The notes: generated by a model not told the origin, from the sequence alone. DNA of 64,000 bases from Iphione sp. A-MEVVRFRX5 (GCA_976226885.1 OZ320315.1:18662001-18726000); one strand, 5' to 3'; counted from the stretch's first letter, positions 11,012 through 25,100 are shown. Numbers and translations are program-made.

Positions 11012-12888
11012 TCAGTAGGAGCGGACTACAATTAGTCCTGTACTTGCGATTGCTGGAGAGCGCGCATCCCTTGGACCCTTGAGGTTGCCCACTGCCGGCG
11101 GAATAATGAGGGGCGGCGTCGGTGACAGTCTGGACAATAGTGGGAACCACCACTGCCCTGCCCAATGCGGGGCCACAACGATGATCCGGGCTTTGTCGTT
11201 GATCGCTTTTCGCACCACTCTTCCCACGAGACTGAAAGGTGGGAAAGCATATGCACATTCAAATTCGGACCAGTCTAATAGAAAGGCATCAATGAAGAAG
11301 GCTCCGGGATCCGGTAACCAACTGACATATTTGTCTACTTTTTTGTTAATCCTGGTTGCAAAAAGATCAACTGATGGCATACCCCAATTCTCAGTGATAT
11401 AATGAAAAATTTCTTCACTCAGTTCCCATTCCGTGTTGGTTAGTGCGTGTCTGGACAGCCTGTCTGCCTGATCATTAGTTTTCCCTGGGATGTGAGTGGC
11501 TGAAATTATCACATGTTTTTCTTCGCCCCAACAGCCTATTTCGTAGGCCACTCTGGCACACGGCTCAGACCTCGTACCCCCTTGGAAGTTGATGTGTGCG
11601 ACCGTGGTGGCATTGTCTGAGAAGACTAGGACATGTGTGTTGGTGATGTTGGGTAGCAATGACATTAACCTCAATTGGACCGCCTTTAGTTCCAGAACGT
11701 TAATGTGCATGGTCGCCTCTGTTTTTGACCAGAGTCCCTGTGTCTGTTCATCCCCGCACCACGCCCCCCAGCCTGAACCAGAAGCGTCAGTGTAAAGATG
11801 GTGTGTGGGGGTAATCCGCTTGATCGGCTTGTAAATGTGCGCTACATTGTTATACCACCACTGTAAGTCTGTGGAGGTGTCCTGTGTAATGGTTGTGCGG
11901 GCTTCGTAACCCAGTGGTCCTGCCTCTCTGAGGGCTTGGATTTTTGCCCTTTCCGCTGCCTTGAGGTGCAGCCACCCAAAATCGGTTGCCTTAGTGAGGT
12001 CCCCTAACACTCCTATAACTGAGGCTAGTTGGCGAATTTTAGGTTGATGTGTTTGGCAAAGGTGTTGGATACAGGCTTTGGTTTTTTGCACTTTGGTCGG
12101 TGTGGGGGTGACAGTACCATTGTCAGTGTCAATAACATACCCGAGGAAGCTGAGAGTTGTTGTAGGCCGTAGGCTAGATTTACGATGATTGATCGAATAA
12201 CCCAACTCCGACAGCGCAGCCATCGTACAACATAGAGCTTCATCGCAGCTTCCCTCGTCTTCTGCTACAACGAGAAGATCGTCTATGTAGGCTGCCACTG
12301 TGATTCCCTTTTCCCTTAGTGAGGTTAGCAAGGGCTTCATAAGTTTCGTGAAAATGCGCGGGGCAGAGGCCAAGCCAAAGGGTAAAACAGTGTACTGGTA
12401 GTAATTTTGTTCCCACTGGAACCCCAGGTATGGTTGAAAATCCCTGTGAACAGCAATAGCGTGGTACGCGTCTTTCAGGTCAATGGAACCTAACCAGGCC
12501 TTATCATGAATCAGTGGTAAGATAGTTTCAAAATTCTCCATTTTGAAATGTTCGTATTTGACGAATACATTGAGTTGTGATAGGTCCAGTATCATTCGGA
12601 AAGACCCGTCTGGCTTAGGCCTCAAAAACACGTTCGACACCCATTTAAGTTCTGATAGTTTGACAGGGATCACCGTGTGTTTTACGATCATATCAGAAAT
12701 GATAGTGCTGGCTGCTTCCTTTTGTTCCTGACTAAACACGTACTGTCTAGGAATTTGTGCCTGTACTGGCTGGCTCGTGAAATCAACTTAACTCCTTGTA
12801 CCATACTCAAGATAGTATCATTGGAGGCGAGCTTTTGCCACTGTGTGACATGCCGTTTAATTTTCCCGGAAAGGAAAGGTGTACTCAC
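11012..12888 (-). CDS. DIRS RT-RNase H-DNA adenine methyltransferase-like ORF (frameshift near 12790)
   Basis: IDLKDAY, LPFGLASAPRIF, YIDDLL, LYTDASGSGWGA, HINVLELKA, SDNATTV, PSVDLFA, AYAFPPF. Confidence 0.95.
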
Positions 12889-12893
12889 CTCTT

Positions 12894-14082
12894 CTAATTC
12901 TTCATTTGTTTCTGGGGTCCGGTCTTGTTGGACCCTGCTGCCCCGTTTTTTGACGGTTCCAGGGCTTCGAGTGGGCTCCTGTACGTGGTGCCTCGGTTGT
13001 CCGCACGTGTGTATCTCTTGTTGAATCTGCCTCTGCCACCTTTCCCCTCAGGTTTGCGGTATGGCCCGTGTCTGTTCTTAGCGTGGAGCTTTCCTCCTGC
13101 TTTCCCTTTATCCATCTTTTTGGCCCATCTCTCGTCGTCTTCCATGTTCTTGCAGTGCTGACGTAATTCGTCCCCAAGCAGCCATCTTTGCGACGGATGC
13201 GCTTCTTCCACCAGTCGTTTAAAAACCCGGGCTAAGGTCATTCTTAACTTCTGCTCTCCTGAATTTAAGTACCTCTTCTCTCACTGAGGTCTCCAGAGAG
13301 ATGACGTCTGATGTGAGCTGTAGGGCTTCCTTGGTCCACCCCGCTTCTTTCTCGTGTTCAATAATGAGCTCTGTGAGCCGGATAGTTGCTGTGATGGAAG
13401 GTACCATGGCGTGCATAATGCGCTGTAAAATTTTGTTGCGGTTTCTTCCAAATTGGTTCATGTGTTGCCATAGGGCGCCATTAAGTTTGGGAGGCTGTAG
13501 CTCTGGGACATTGCCTGGTCTGTTATACTTTTGTCTGAGTTTCTTCAGGCAATCTGCCTCGAGGGGCTTCTGGATTCGACCTCCTGTGTAGCGCGCCACA
13601 CGCTGGTGTGCATCTTTGCCCACATCCTTATCCTCGTCAAGCGAGGCTACCAATTCGTCATAGAAACTTGTTTCTTCGTTAATTTCTCCTTCGGACAGCT
13701 CAGGTTCGCCCTGTCTGTTAGAGACCAGGTTTTCGTCCGGACCAATTGAGGATCGTGATTCTCCTATATCCGAATAGCACTGAAGATCTGCGCCTTCCGA
13801 CTGTGAACCATGCGTGCTTGAAGATGGCGGTTGGTCCAGTCTCGCTTGAAGGCGGACCTCCATGTTGGTCAATTTCTCACTGATAACCCTCGGCATATCA
13901 GTAATAGCATCCAGCAGCTGAGTGAAAACCTCGCCTTTAGAGCTGGTTGAGGCAACACTGTTCGCCGGAACTTGCACCTCAGCATTGTCGTCGGGCACAT
14001 TTTCGGGTTTGTCCCTGTCCGATTTGCCTCTTCTCGACATGACAAGATGGCGGCCCGAGTGATCACCACGTGGCTCGCTCAA
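12894..14082 (-). CDS. DIRS gag-like ORF1 (frameshift near 13230)
   Basis: YNRPGNVPELQPPKLNGALW, then LLGDELRQHCK and a basic Arg/Gly-rich tail; first ORF of the DIRS element. Confidence 0.8.
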
Positions 14083-15012
14083 ATTTCACTCACACAGGTG
14101 AACCGTTCTGGTTATAGGTCCAGTAACCGCGACAACTTTGTGCTACAAAGTTCCACAAAACCGAAGAATCGGTCGAAATGATGAAAACAAGGTGGAATCA
14201 GCGCCGAAAATCGAAAAAGCTTCTGCTGATGTAGGCGTGCGACTATCCCTGGGCGGAAACGAACTGTGACTGACTATCCCGGATGGTGGTGCTACTATCT
14301 CCCTTTCGACCACGCAGCGGCTCAGAATGGTACTAACCCTGGTTAAACTACTGTCTGTGTGATTTCTAAGGATTTACTCCACCACAAGATATTTTCCTGC
14401 TACATGTGTATAACCTCAGTCTTGTGTGAACACTGCAGTGGGGAATCCGCCCTGTTAACTGTTAAGTCATCACGCTACTAAGGATGACTGCCACCATGCC
14501 ATTTTATATCATGTTCTCACCAGGCAGCATGGCCTGCTCCCTCTAGCTTATGTCACGAATTGTCCATTCATTCAATATTCATGGAGTAGTACGCTATAGT
14601 ACACCTAGCCTAAGGCCCTTATCACATGTGTGCGTATTTGTATGTACATGGCCATGGATCCGTAGACATATTTTATCCAGCCCATACTTAATCTTATGAG
14701 CATTCAGATGTAAACATATATGTATTTGTCTACGTCTACACATTCACATGCATAGATGCCCAACCTATCCAACCCAATAGTACACTCAGCAGGAAGTATC
14801 CCATGTCTCTGCACCCGTAGATGTAGCCAGGTTGTCCAGAAGTCATACGCACACAGGGATGGAATGAGTATTAAAACAAACGAGTATTAAAACTGCACAT
14901 TTTTTGTGTACTGATCACAGAGAATTATGTCCAGTTCTGCGTGTTTTGTGATGGTCACCTCTAGCAAAGGCTCTGTACACATTTTGTACTGGTACAAAAA
15001 ACAAAATAACTT

Positions 15013-15070
15013 CATGCCTGACGAAGGGTCAGTATAGACCCATAAACTTGCTACATATATCTGCATTCAG
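15013..15070 (+). ncRNA. Degenerate hammerhead-ribozyme-like core
   Basis: CTGACGA a gggtc agtata gaccc ATAAAC: a perfect 5-bp stem II, but the GAAA core is mutated. Confidence 0.4.
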
Positions 15071-15196
15071 CAACATTAAACAAGAACTTTGTTGCTGAAT
15101 TCTGAGTTGTGGTTTTCATTCACTTGCAATAACTTCAGTCCTAAGACTCCTAAAAGGATGAGACTTGAACCAAAATACTGCAGGCCAGGTGACAAT

Positions 15197-15378
15197 AGGG
15201 GGGGTCAACTATTCTCGTGAAGCGTTATTGAATTAAGCGTTAAATGTTATTCAGTATTTAATGATGAAGCGCCATCAAGGAATCAATTCTTGGTGAAGCG
15301 TTATTTGTCCTGTCTTTAAACGTTACAGTTAGTTTCAATTCTTGGTGAAGCGTTATTGGGTACCCCCTGACCCCCCCT
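15197..15378. mobile_element. Small MITE-like element with 11-bp TIRs
   Basis: agggggggtca ... tgaccccccct, with gtgaagcgttatt repeated three times inside. Confidence 0.45.
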
Positions 15379-15755
15379 GTGTGAGTAAAACAGAAAAGGT
15401 ATTAGAACTTAAGAATTATTGCACCTAGAAGGACGGGATGTCCAGGGAGGCCTTTGGCGCTCTCCAGTGGTTCTCAAGCAAATTTGTGTGCAGAATGCCA
15501 ACTTCTAAGGAGGTCTGGGCCACTCTCTGATCATGGGATGCTCCAAGCACATGCTCTGTTGCTTGCAATAGCACCTTACACCACAACTACAACATATGTC
15601 TATAAAAGAGACTTCATCAAACTTGGATGACTTTCGTTAAATTCTGTTGGTATTATTGGTTGATGTTTGGACTAAATTGTTGATGTCCAGACCAGCTGGC
15701 ATTTAGACTATAAAACCCATAATTTTCTACACTAAAGTAAGGCCCCTGGGGGCTT

Positions 15756-15886
15756 ACCCCTTCAATATGGTTTTTGAATGTCAGATCTGTATATCCAGGC
15801 ACGAACACCTGAGACATTTGGGGCTGTATTGTGAAGCAAGTGCTCAGATTTACAGATCTAACATATGAAAACCATATTTAAGGGGT
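15756..15886. mobile_element. MITE-like element with about 39-bp imperfect TIRs
   Basis: accccttcaatatggtttttgaatgtcagatctgtatat versus the reverse complement of the right end, accccttaaatatggttttcatatgttagatctgtaaat. Confidence 0.6.
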
Positions 15887-17750
15887 GTTCTATTGACAAT
15901 AATTCATACAAAAAAGACCATATGGAAGCATTTTGGGGAGAAATTCGTAGCTTCTGTGACTAGGGATGGCATATACCGGTACACAAAATGTAAGTGTTGT
16001 GCACATACTGTGTGACCTAATTGATAGATAGATAGAAAGATCGGCAGGAGTGTTAGAACCTGTTTCCATACAGAAGTTGTTTTTCATTGCATCTGTGGTG
16101 CAGTGTGCTTCTACCAACAGGTGATAAGCCATGAATATGTTTCCACACCTGCATTGGATTACTGCATATTTGTGTTGTTCATTATCAGATTGTAGCGGTT
16201 TGGTCTCAAACCTGGAATAATGGGGTTTCAAAACTTAAGAACTGTATCTTGATGTAGACTGTAACCTTCGGTGTTGCAAAGATTTAGAGATGTTAATAAC
16301 ACAAGAGGGAGCATTGTCTGACTGTTATCAGAGTAAGTAGGCCACCAACAGCAAGAGTGGGTGCATTGTTTGATTGGTTAGGAAACAATAACATCATATT
16401 AAAATTTTAAAATGATAGAATTACATGTATTCTGGCAGGTGATTTCAACATAGATTGTATTGATAAAGCACCATGAAGGGATATCCATCAATTGCAACTG
16501 TTTCTAATGAATATGGGCTATGCCAAAAAGAAAGAAAAGCAGCAAGGGTCTCGGCAAGTTTGAACTCATTGATGATTTTGTGCTATCTTGAGTACATTAT
16601 GTTGCTTTATATATGCGTGAGGACAAAAACGTATATGTATTTAAAACCTCAGCGAATATTCAATGCAAATTATTCGACCAAGTAACATATTACCCACCCC
16701 AAAAAAATCTCGAGGACACACTTAACAACTAACCATATTTCCAGTTGACTTTGTCAGAGCAGATGGATGAACGATGATGGGACTGTCACTGAATCTTCGC
16801 GACGAAACCTTTTGAATTTCCTGTGACTAGCTTTGAAAACCTTTCACTGACGTACTTCTCCTACTCCAAGATGTTGTTGTGAATTGCGCAAGCTAGGAAA
16901 TCCCTCAAATTTATACAACCTCCGAACAGATGACTAACCATTTTGGGAGAAACGACACACTCCCTCCTGTTTACATTGCGAAATAGTTCCTCTCTAGTCT
17001 ATGTAGGTCACTGGAAAGTACATTCGCGATCCATTTTAACATAGTAACAGCTCATATTCACACAATAAGGAACTTTACTCACATTCTATGATTTACTGAA
17101 AATGTGATAATCCGTAACTTTACCTTGCAGACACGGTTAACTCCACCTTTGTGGCTGGAATTGCCCCAACCCCTGGCTGAAAGCGATTCATTTTGGCCAA
17201 GCACTGATCCAGGAAAACTAGGTTATCATAACCTAATTGGGGGAACTATCGCCGTTCGGTAAAAACGTACAAAAAATATGTACTGAAGGAATATTCATCT
17301 TGAAATATATATTTCTTTAAAATAATTATAAAATTTGAGACCATGCTGAAAGAGTGAAAGAGCGTCATACTAGTAAGAGGCTCTTTGCCGGGTGAGATTA
17401 TATTGGTTCGAGGCTCTTTGTTATCGGCACGTAGTCTACGTGTGGATAAGAGTGAATGCTTATCGGTATATCGATTAGTTCCCAAGACTTTTTTTTTTTA
17501 AACAAGCGCCTTCGGCACTTGCACTCATAGTTTATACAGACACATTAAACCAAAAATCTTTCATCTCTCTCTTTCTCTTTCTCTAACAGAGTGAGCTCTC
17601 TGTTTACATTCAAAGGTCAAGGTCACAGGTGTATTACTACACCCAGCTCAAGAAAGTAGTGCATACACATCTATGTGCATTCAAGGATAGTCTATTTCAA
17701 GGGGCAAAATATGCCTTTTCCCTCATCTTTCTGAATAATTTAGGCTACAA

Positions 17751-18015
17751 TGCACTTCAGCGGCCTACCCTAAAATCCAAAATGGCGGCCATGACGTAAC
17801 CAGGGGGGTTTGGGGGCAAAGCCCCCAAAATTTAGGGGAATATATTAGAAATTAGGGTTAGTGTAGGCCTTATATGATCAAAAAAAGGGTTAGGGTTAGG
17901 GATAGGGTTAGCATTAATACATAAAATGAGTTTAAAATGGATTTGACTGCCTGTTGTCATTGTCAACGTCATTGTGACGTCATTCAAAATGGCGGGGGTA
18001 GGCCGCTATACTGCA
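17751..18015. mobile_element. MITE-like element with about 20-bp TIRs, an internal hairpin and (TTAGGG)-like repeats
   Basis: tgcacttcagcggcctaccc ... gggtaggccgctatactgca; gggggcaaagccccc hairpin; gggttagggttagggatagggtta. Confidence 0.55.
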
Positions 18016-19369
18016 GTCGCTCCATAATTTACACATATATACCATTGAATCAAATAAATACTGTTTTTTTCTGAAGTCACATCAGTATGAGGTGAGATTT
18101 CATGGGGACGGACTACTTTCAGGCAACGTTTTTAATAGGTAGTGTAACAAGCGCCTACGGCGCCTGCCTTATCAGGCGGAGGGATACTGTTTGACAACCT
18201 GCCGTTATGCTTGACTGCACACAGAGGTGTACTGATACTAAATCTCTTAAAACCACAGGGCCACATATGTCAGCCTCCATGGCCGGACTACTTTCGGGCA
18301 ACGTTTTATATATGTAGTGTAATTAGGCACTTGCCTGCATTTATTTCTGAGGACAGTATTACAATCGTTGATGTTGACATGCCTTTTGTTTTTGATTTTT
18401 TTTTAAAGGAGGATAAAGGAATAGAGTGGTGTAACCAACGTCTTATACATCTAGATAGTTTCTAGAAGATGGAGAGGAGGCTGCCCTAGATGAAGGAGCC
18501 GATTTCCTTAGAGTATACGTATTGTGTGTAGTCCAAGTTACTTGAAGGATGATAAACGTTGGGGCGGTGTACCCTACAGTCAAGAAGATAAAGACGCGTT
18601 AACCTTATCTACTAAGGTCCCTTGGGTACCAATTGTATCTTCGATGAGAGGGATAAGATAATTAAAATCGTACATCAAGATATCAGTGATTCAAAACCCA
18701 AAAATACCCACAGGGAGGTGTAGTGATATCCACCCAATGCAGTGCTGCCACCTTAGGGCAAATTTAGAGCTACTCAGTTTTACTCACTGGATGTTTTACC
18801 TCACTGCTACTTCCTGTTTCCAGCCATGTGCCTAGGTTGAAATAAAAGCTACCAAAATAAAACACTCATCTCCACTCTATATGTAACTGCAGTACCACTT
18901 CAGGAGGGGTGAGAAGAGTAATAATTTGGCCTTAAGGGCAAAATAGAACGTGAACGCTTTATGTATTTAAGTAACATCTTAGAGCCTAGGGTTACTCCTT
19001 TACATCAAGGTACCTGTCTTTTTTCTCTATTATAAAAGGCAGAGTTTTGGATATCTGTACCTTAGGGCTGGTTGGAGACCTCACAAGAGACAATCTTATT
19101 GTTTCTGTTTTACCCCCGTTGCACAAAGTGGTGACCTCTGTTAAGGATAAGTGATAAACATCGTTGGAATGTGGTATAGGCTAATCTGTCTAAGTGATAC
19201 ATGTTGTGGACGACTGACTAAGCTGCTGCCTTGGAGTGCTACCGAGTTGTGGGCCTGCCAGCTTTCTTTCAGGGCTTAAGTATGCTATTGTTGCTAGGGG
19301 TTACCTTGCTTAAGGTCTCACTGTGTGGAATTACAATGAGTTTTATTTCTGATCAATGCTGCAGTATTT

Positions 19370-21800
19370 CTGACCACTATAACACGGTTTCGACGGTTAG
19401 TCTCATCAGGCACTTTTGTTTAGGGGAGTGTGGATTTTTTCACAGGGTGATGATTAATAACTGAAGTAGTAAATCAAAGTGTAAACCATTTTTTCTTTCC
19501 ATATGGGGGAAAGAATGGGGTTTTTTTGTGACGAGGTTTGATCAACCCTGTGTGTATTCCCCATCCAGGATATTCATTCCATTCGGTGATAATGTTCGTA
19601 GTCTATGTATCCATTTCTGTTCTAATTTGTTTCTTAGATTTTTTTATTCTTCGCTGTTAGGGGGGGCGTGGATGAACTCTACTATGCTTATTATAGCATT
19701 GTCTATTCCCCCTTTGCAGATTTTATTGAAGTGTTCTGTTATAAGTTTTTTTCCAGTCTTTTTAGTGATGTCATAGAAGTGGTTCTTGAACCTCTCTTTA
19801 AGGGTTAGTTTGGTTTGTCCCACATATGCTACCTTGCAGGTCTTGCAGGTTATGGCATATATAATGTTGCTACTTGTGCAACAGACATTCTTTTTAGATT
19901 CATATTCTCTCTTTGTGTTGATGCTTTGTATTCTCCCAGTCTTATTCAATCTTGGGCAATATCTGCAGTGTTTTGTCTTACATGTGTTAATGCTCTTCTT
20001 ATTTTTCTGATTCTCTTCATTGTCACAAAATCTTGCTCTCACTAGGAGATCACGTAGGTTTTTGGGGCGTTTGTAGGCTATGAGGAAACCTGCATCTACT
20101 ATCGTTTTTGTTGTGTTAGATTTTTTTAGGATATCCCAATTCTTTCTTAGGTTTGACTCTAATTGCTGGTTATTGGGTTGGAATTCGGTAATGAATATGG
20201 TTTTCTCTTGATTTTTATTGTTTTTGGTTTTTGGCTTCTTAATGAGTTCTGAGCGTTGTTTCTTGCCTGCTTCGTGAAGGGCTCTGGCTACTACTTCAAT
20301 TGGGTAGTTGCGATATAATAGGAGTCTGGCTTTATCCAGACTGTTCTTGATGAAATCTGAGGTTTCGCTGCAGATTCATCGTATACATAGAAATTGACTA
20401 TACGGGATGTTGTTTTTCATTTTCTTAGGGTGGGCTGAGTTGTAATGTAAGAGTGTGTTGCTATCAGTTGGTTTTGTGTACAGGTTTGTGACCAGTGTTC
20501 CATCTCTGTGTAGTGAGATGATTGTGTCTAGGAAGTTGACCTTGTTTGGTGAGATTTCACTGGTGAAGTTGATATTATTGTCTCTTGTTTGTAGGTGACT
20601 GATAAAACAATCTAACTCCTTTCTCCCGTGGGGCCAGATGAAGAAAATATCGTCAATGAATCTTATATAGATCGACGGTTGTAGGGGATATTCATAGACA
20701 TATTTCTCTTCGAAGAGGCCCATAAAGATGTTTGCATATGAAGGGGCTACTCTGGTGCCCATTGCTGTTCCACCTATTTGTAGGTAGTGTTAATCGTTAA
20801 ATATGAAATTGTTTCTTTCGAGGACCATTTCTAGTAACTTAATTATAGTTTCGTTGCTTGGTTTTTGATTGCCCTTATCCCTCCATGTTTCCAAGTTTTG
20901 TTTTACTGCTTCGATCCCCTCTTTGTTCGGTATGTTAGTGTATAACGACGTGACATCTAGCGTCACTAGGAGGTCCTGATTACTGGTGACGGTGTTGTCC
21001 AGTTTGTTCAGCAGATCAGTCGTGTCTTTGATGTATGATCTTTGTGCTGCTGCTATCGGTTGTAGGTACTGATCTATATAGGCTGATATTCGTTCTGTTG
21101 GACATCCGTTTCCGGATATCACAGGGCGTCCTGGTGGAGGGTTTTGGTTTTTATGAATTTTGGGCAATAAATACAGCTCTGGGGTCCTTGGATTTTTTTC
21201 AATTAGTAGTATGCCCGTTTGAGGTGTAATTTCCTCGTTGTATACTAGGTTTTCTACCAGATCTATTATGTATGTTTGGTTGATATTCGTCGTTTCAGGA
21301 GTGCATTCTGTGTAGAATTTCTTGTTGGATAATTGTGATTCTGCTTCCGCTCTGTAGTCTTCCTTGTTTTGTATCACAATCGCTCCACCTTTGTCAGCTT
21401 TCTTTATTACAATGTCACGATTGCTTCTCAACGTTTTTATTGAAGCCTTTTCTCCTTTGGTTGTGTTTATAAAACCTGGGTTCATAATTTTTATAGTGTC
21501 TAGTTCAATATCATTGAGATTAATCATGGTTTCAAGATACGGGGGTCCGGTTGGACCTCGTTTGATCTTACTCGATTTCCTCTCTATTCTCCTAAGTGAT
21601 TAATTTTCCATCGCATTTGATAAATTCTTGTCTTTAAAGTGGTGTTTGAATCTTAGTTTGTTATGGAATCTGTCAAGGTCTTCTTTCTTATTGCCCAAGT
21701 TAATTTCACCCGGTGTAGGGCAAAAGGTGAGACCTTTATTGAGAAGTGATTCTTCACTTTCTGAAAGGTTATACCTGGAAGTGATACAGTAGCCTGAACG
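19370..21800 (-). mobile_element. Penelope-like element (RT + GIY-YIG), disrupted and 5'-interrupted
   Basis: LLNKGLTFCPT, LYLLPKIHK..PPGRPVISG, LDVTSLYTNIP, MGTRVAPSYANIFMG, RFIDDIF, IIYAITCKTCKVAYVGQT, KWIHRLRTLSPNGMN. Confidence 0.95.
19371..19415 (-). ncRNA. Hammerhead-ribozyme-like core at the Penelope 3' end
   Basis: Minus strand CTGATGA gac taacc gtc GAAAC cg..tgg TC. The core and stem II are intact; stem I could not be closed by eye. Confidence 0.55.
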
Positions 21801-22134
21801 TTTTTTGTTTTTGGTTAAGCCCTAAGGGCCTAAAGGGGTCCTACTTTGGACTCATGTTTAAGATAAAACCCATCTTATTGCTATGAACAAGAATAAGGCC
21901 AATCAGAAGGCCTGGGAAAGAAGTTAACAAACACGTTGCTTATGTAAGGAGAATGGATGAAGTAGAATCAAGAATATCCAAGTTTGTCATTCATGGAGCT
22001 TTAATAACATCACGATCAGGCTCGAAGTTGGCCTCATAGGCAACATGCTTATTTCTACTGAACAACATAAGAGCTGGATAGATATAATGTCATATGAAAT
22101 GAAAGTGAGCTAAGATCAAGGGTGCCCAAGTTTG

Positions 22135-25100
22135 TTATTCAGGAGACATTAAGGACATCGTGATTACTTGCTCAAGAAAAATCCGTCTTTTACTTCGAGA
22201 TGAGGAGGCTTGTAGCCTAAGAAGTTGCAACAAGTCATTTTTCCATGCTTGGAAATTAAGATCCCCCTCGTAGAAAGAGTTACGCTTTATAATGTAGAAC
22301 CGAACAGTTATCAAAATTAAGTTTAGGAACCAGACATTAGGAACTGGGGTCGTCACACCGAAAATATATTCATACCTCTGAAGTCCCTGTTCTGGGATTG
22401 TAGTATAAGCTGAACACCATTGTAGAACTGCGGCCCAGAGGTCTTTTACCCTAGGGCATTCGAGGAGGTAGTGTACTATATCGTCAACAGCATTACAGAA
22501 TGAGCATTGGATGGAGTTGACAATTTTCAGTGTATAGAGGTACCTATTACATGGAAGTAAATGATTGATGACTTTATACTGAAACGACTGGAGCTTCGTG
22601 GAGGTCGTGGCACAGAAAGGGATTTTATAAATTAATTCCCAAGAGATTACATCTGGTATTTGTACTCTTTCCTTAGTGATCCAAGATCTAACTGCGATCG
22701 GGACGTGGCCTTTTTGTTGTATTAGTAGCCAGTATAGATTAGCGGCTGAGGCTTGTGTAACATCGATATCTTTACCTCCTAATGTTAGGGTCAGGGCCTC
22801 ATTTGAGGTATGATTGGGAATCGTGATCACTAGGTTCTGGAGGGATTGGGGGATATAATTCTTTAAATCTTCATACTGGGGAGGGGTGAGATCAAGGTTA
22901 TAGGTGGTGCGGATTTGATCTTTAGTATAGAAAGCACTGTTGTCCTAGAGAAGATTATCAATTGTTACTATATTTGCTCTATTACACTTTCTTCTTAAAC
23001 TGGGGGGAGGTGGGGGCTTGTTCAAATGCGGGCTCGACCAAATAGGGATTGCTCTGACTCCTGCCTCGGATACCGGGGGGTGTTTGGAATGGGCTTTCCA
23101 TATTTTGGAGATTTCAAGGTAAAAAGGGTGTCTTATACGTCTACCCTGTGCTCTGTTTATCTTAAAGAGGGTTGTGGGGTCAGTCCCTAGTAGTGAGTAT
23201 TGGACTAGTTCTCTCCCCAAATATTCTGGTCTAGACAGTTCAGCAGCAGTTTTTATTCTATTTGCAATGGTCCGGGTTCTGAGAGATGCAAGCTTTAAGC
23301 CTCCCTCTATTATTGGGTTCTCTAGGGTGTCTCTAGAGATCTTAGGTGACTTTTTATCCCAAAGAAAGGAGCGGGTGATTTTATCAAATTCTTTGTAGAC
23401 TTTATCTGGGACGTGGTGATTGAAGGTGAGGAATTACATAATGGATGTAATTAAGGTGTTAATAACTGTGACTTTTCCTTTAAGGGATAAAGTCCTGTGT
23501 CCCCATCTCCGAGCGATGTCTTGACAGGCTGAGAGTTTGGGGGTGAAATTAAGGTGATAGTCTAGGTGCTCATCCTTCCTATTAGTATACCATATTCCTA
23601 ATATTTTAATGTGATTACGCCATTGGATTGGTATGGGAGAGTCTTCCCCCTTGAAGTTAGCTATTGGCAGACCTATACTCTTCTGAGTGTTAATTTTGAT
23701 GCCAGCGGCTCTTCCAAAAGTGAGGAGGATATCCATTAATGATTCAATTTCTGATGGACATTGGACAAAACAGGTCAAGTCATCCGCATATTGGAGGTTA
23801 AAAAGTCTTTCTCTGTGCACCATTACCCCTGGTATGTTTGGGTGATTTTTAATGAGCACTGACAATATTTCCACTACCATATTAAACAGGAGGGGTGACA
23901 CGGGGCATCCTTGGTGTACCCCCTGGCCGAGTGTGAAATATTGTGTTGTAGTCCCATTGTTAATAACACATGCTTCAGAGTCATTATATAAGAGTTTTAC
24001 CAGGTTAGTGAAGGTGGGCCCGATCCCGAATAAATGGAGGATGTGGAGTAAGAAGTCCCATGAGACCCTGTCAAATGCTTGAGCAAAGTCTAAAGCTAGT
24101 ATGGCCCCAGGAATTTTTTCAGATTGCCAGAACCATATGACATCCCGTAATATCCTATGTATAGAGGATATATTCCTTTTAGGCATGAAACCAATCTGGG
24201 TATGTGCAATGTATTTGGGAAGGTATTTTCTAAGTCGTTGGGCAATAACGGTGGAAAGGATTTTGTAATCCACATTCAGGAGGGCTATGGGGCACCAGTT
24301 TCCCGCCTGGAGTGGGTCTTTCCCTGCCTTTGGTATTAATGTAATTACTGTTTGTCTTTGGGAGGGGGATAGGGTGCCTTCTCTTTCTGCATACTGGAAG
24401 GTTTGAAATAGTAATGGGAGTAAGGTCTTCCAGAAGACTGTATAGAATTCAACCGGTAGTCCATCGTTCCCCGGGGTCTTTTTTAAGTTTAACTGCTTGA
24501 GGGCTCTTGTAAGTTTGGGTTTTGTCAGGGGGTATTCTAGAGAGTCATGGTCTTCTTGGGTAAAAGGGTGGAGAAAATGATCCCAGTTGCGGGACCCCAA
24601 GAAAGAAAAATCAGGGGGTAGGGGGGAAAAACCTTGACCTTGGTATCTAAGGGCGAAGTGATGAAACAGATGAACATTAATTTCTGCCTGATCGGTCAGT
24701 AGTACCTGGTTGGTGGAATATATTTAGGTAATCGACCTTTTTTGTGAGCGAACTTGCTCTAACCTTAAGAAATATCTGGAGGGTCTTTCACCCTGAGTGT
24801 ACCATCTTTCCTTGGATCTGGCAAGGGAAGCACTGGCTTTTTGAAGCTCTATATCTTTGAGGGTGTTTTGAATATTTTCTAAGCGATGTATTATAACATC
24901 TGACTCCGGATCATTATAGTTTAATCGTTGAATTTTCTCGTCATATTCTCATTGTAGGTTGTGAACTAATCTTTTAGACCACATCGTCTTCGATTTTAGG
25001 TACTTTCTTGTGAACAAACCGACTGAAAATTTAACAAAGTCCCAAGCGCCAGTGGGTTTCAAGTTTTTGTCCAGTGCTTCCTGATACCATTGTGACAATA

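Larger units (their letters stand above)
9387..14336 (-). mobile_element. DIRS1-type YR retrotransposon, full structure (ITRs + ICR + gag, RT/RH/MT, YR)
   Basis: ITRs at about 9425-9506 and 14268-14338 (ttagtaccat..gagccg..aagggagatagtagc.ccaccatcc.ggatagtcagtca), an ICR at 9637-9758, and three ORF groups on the minus strand. Confidence 0.95.

Noticed and set aside
15890-16231. 113-aa minus-strand ORF
   Set aside because: No recognisable motif or splice context.
17886-17912. TTAGGG repeats as a telomere
   Set aside because: Only about four degenerate units, lying inside a TIR-bounded small element.
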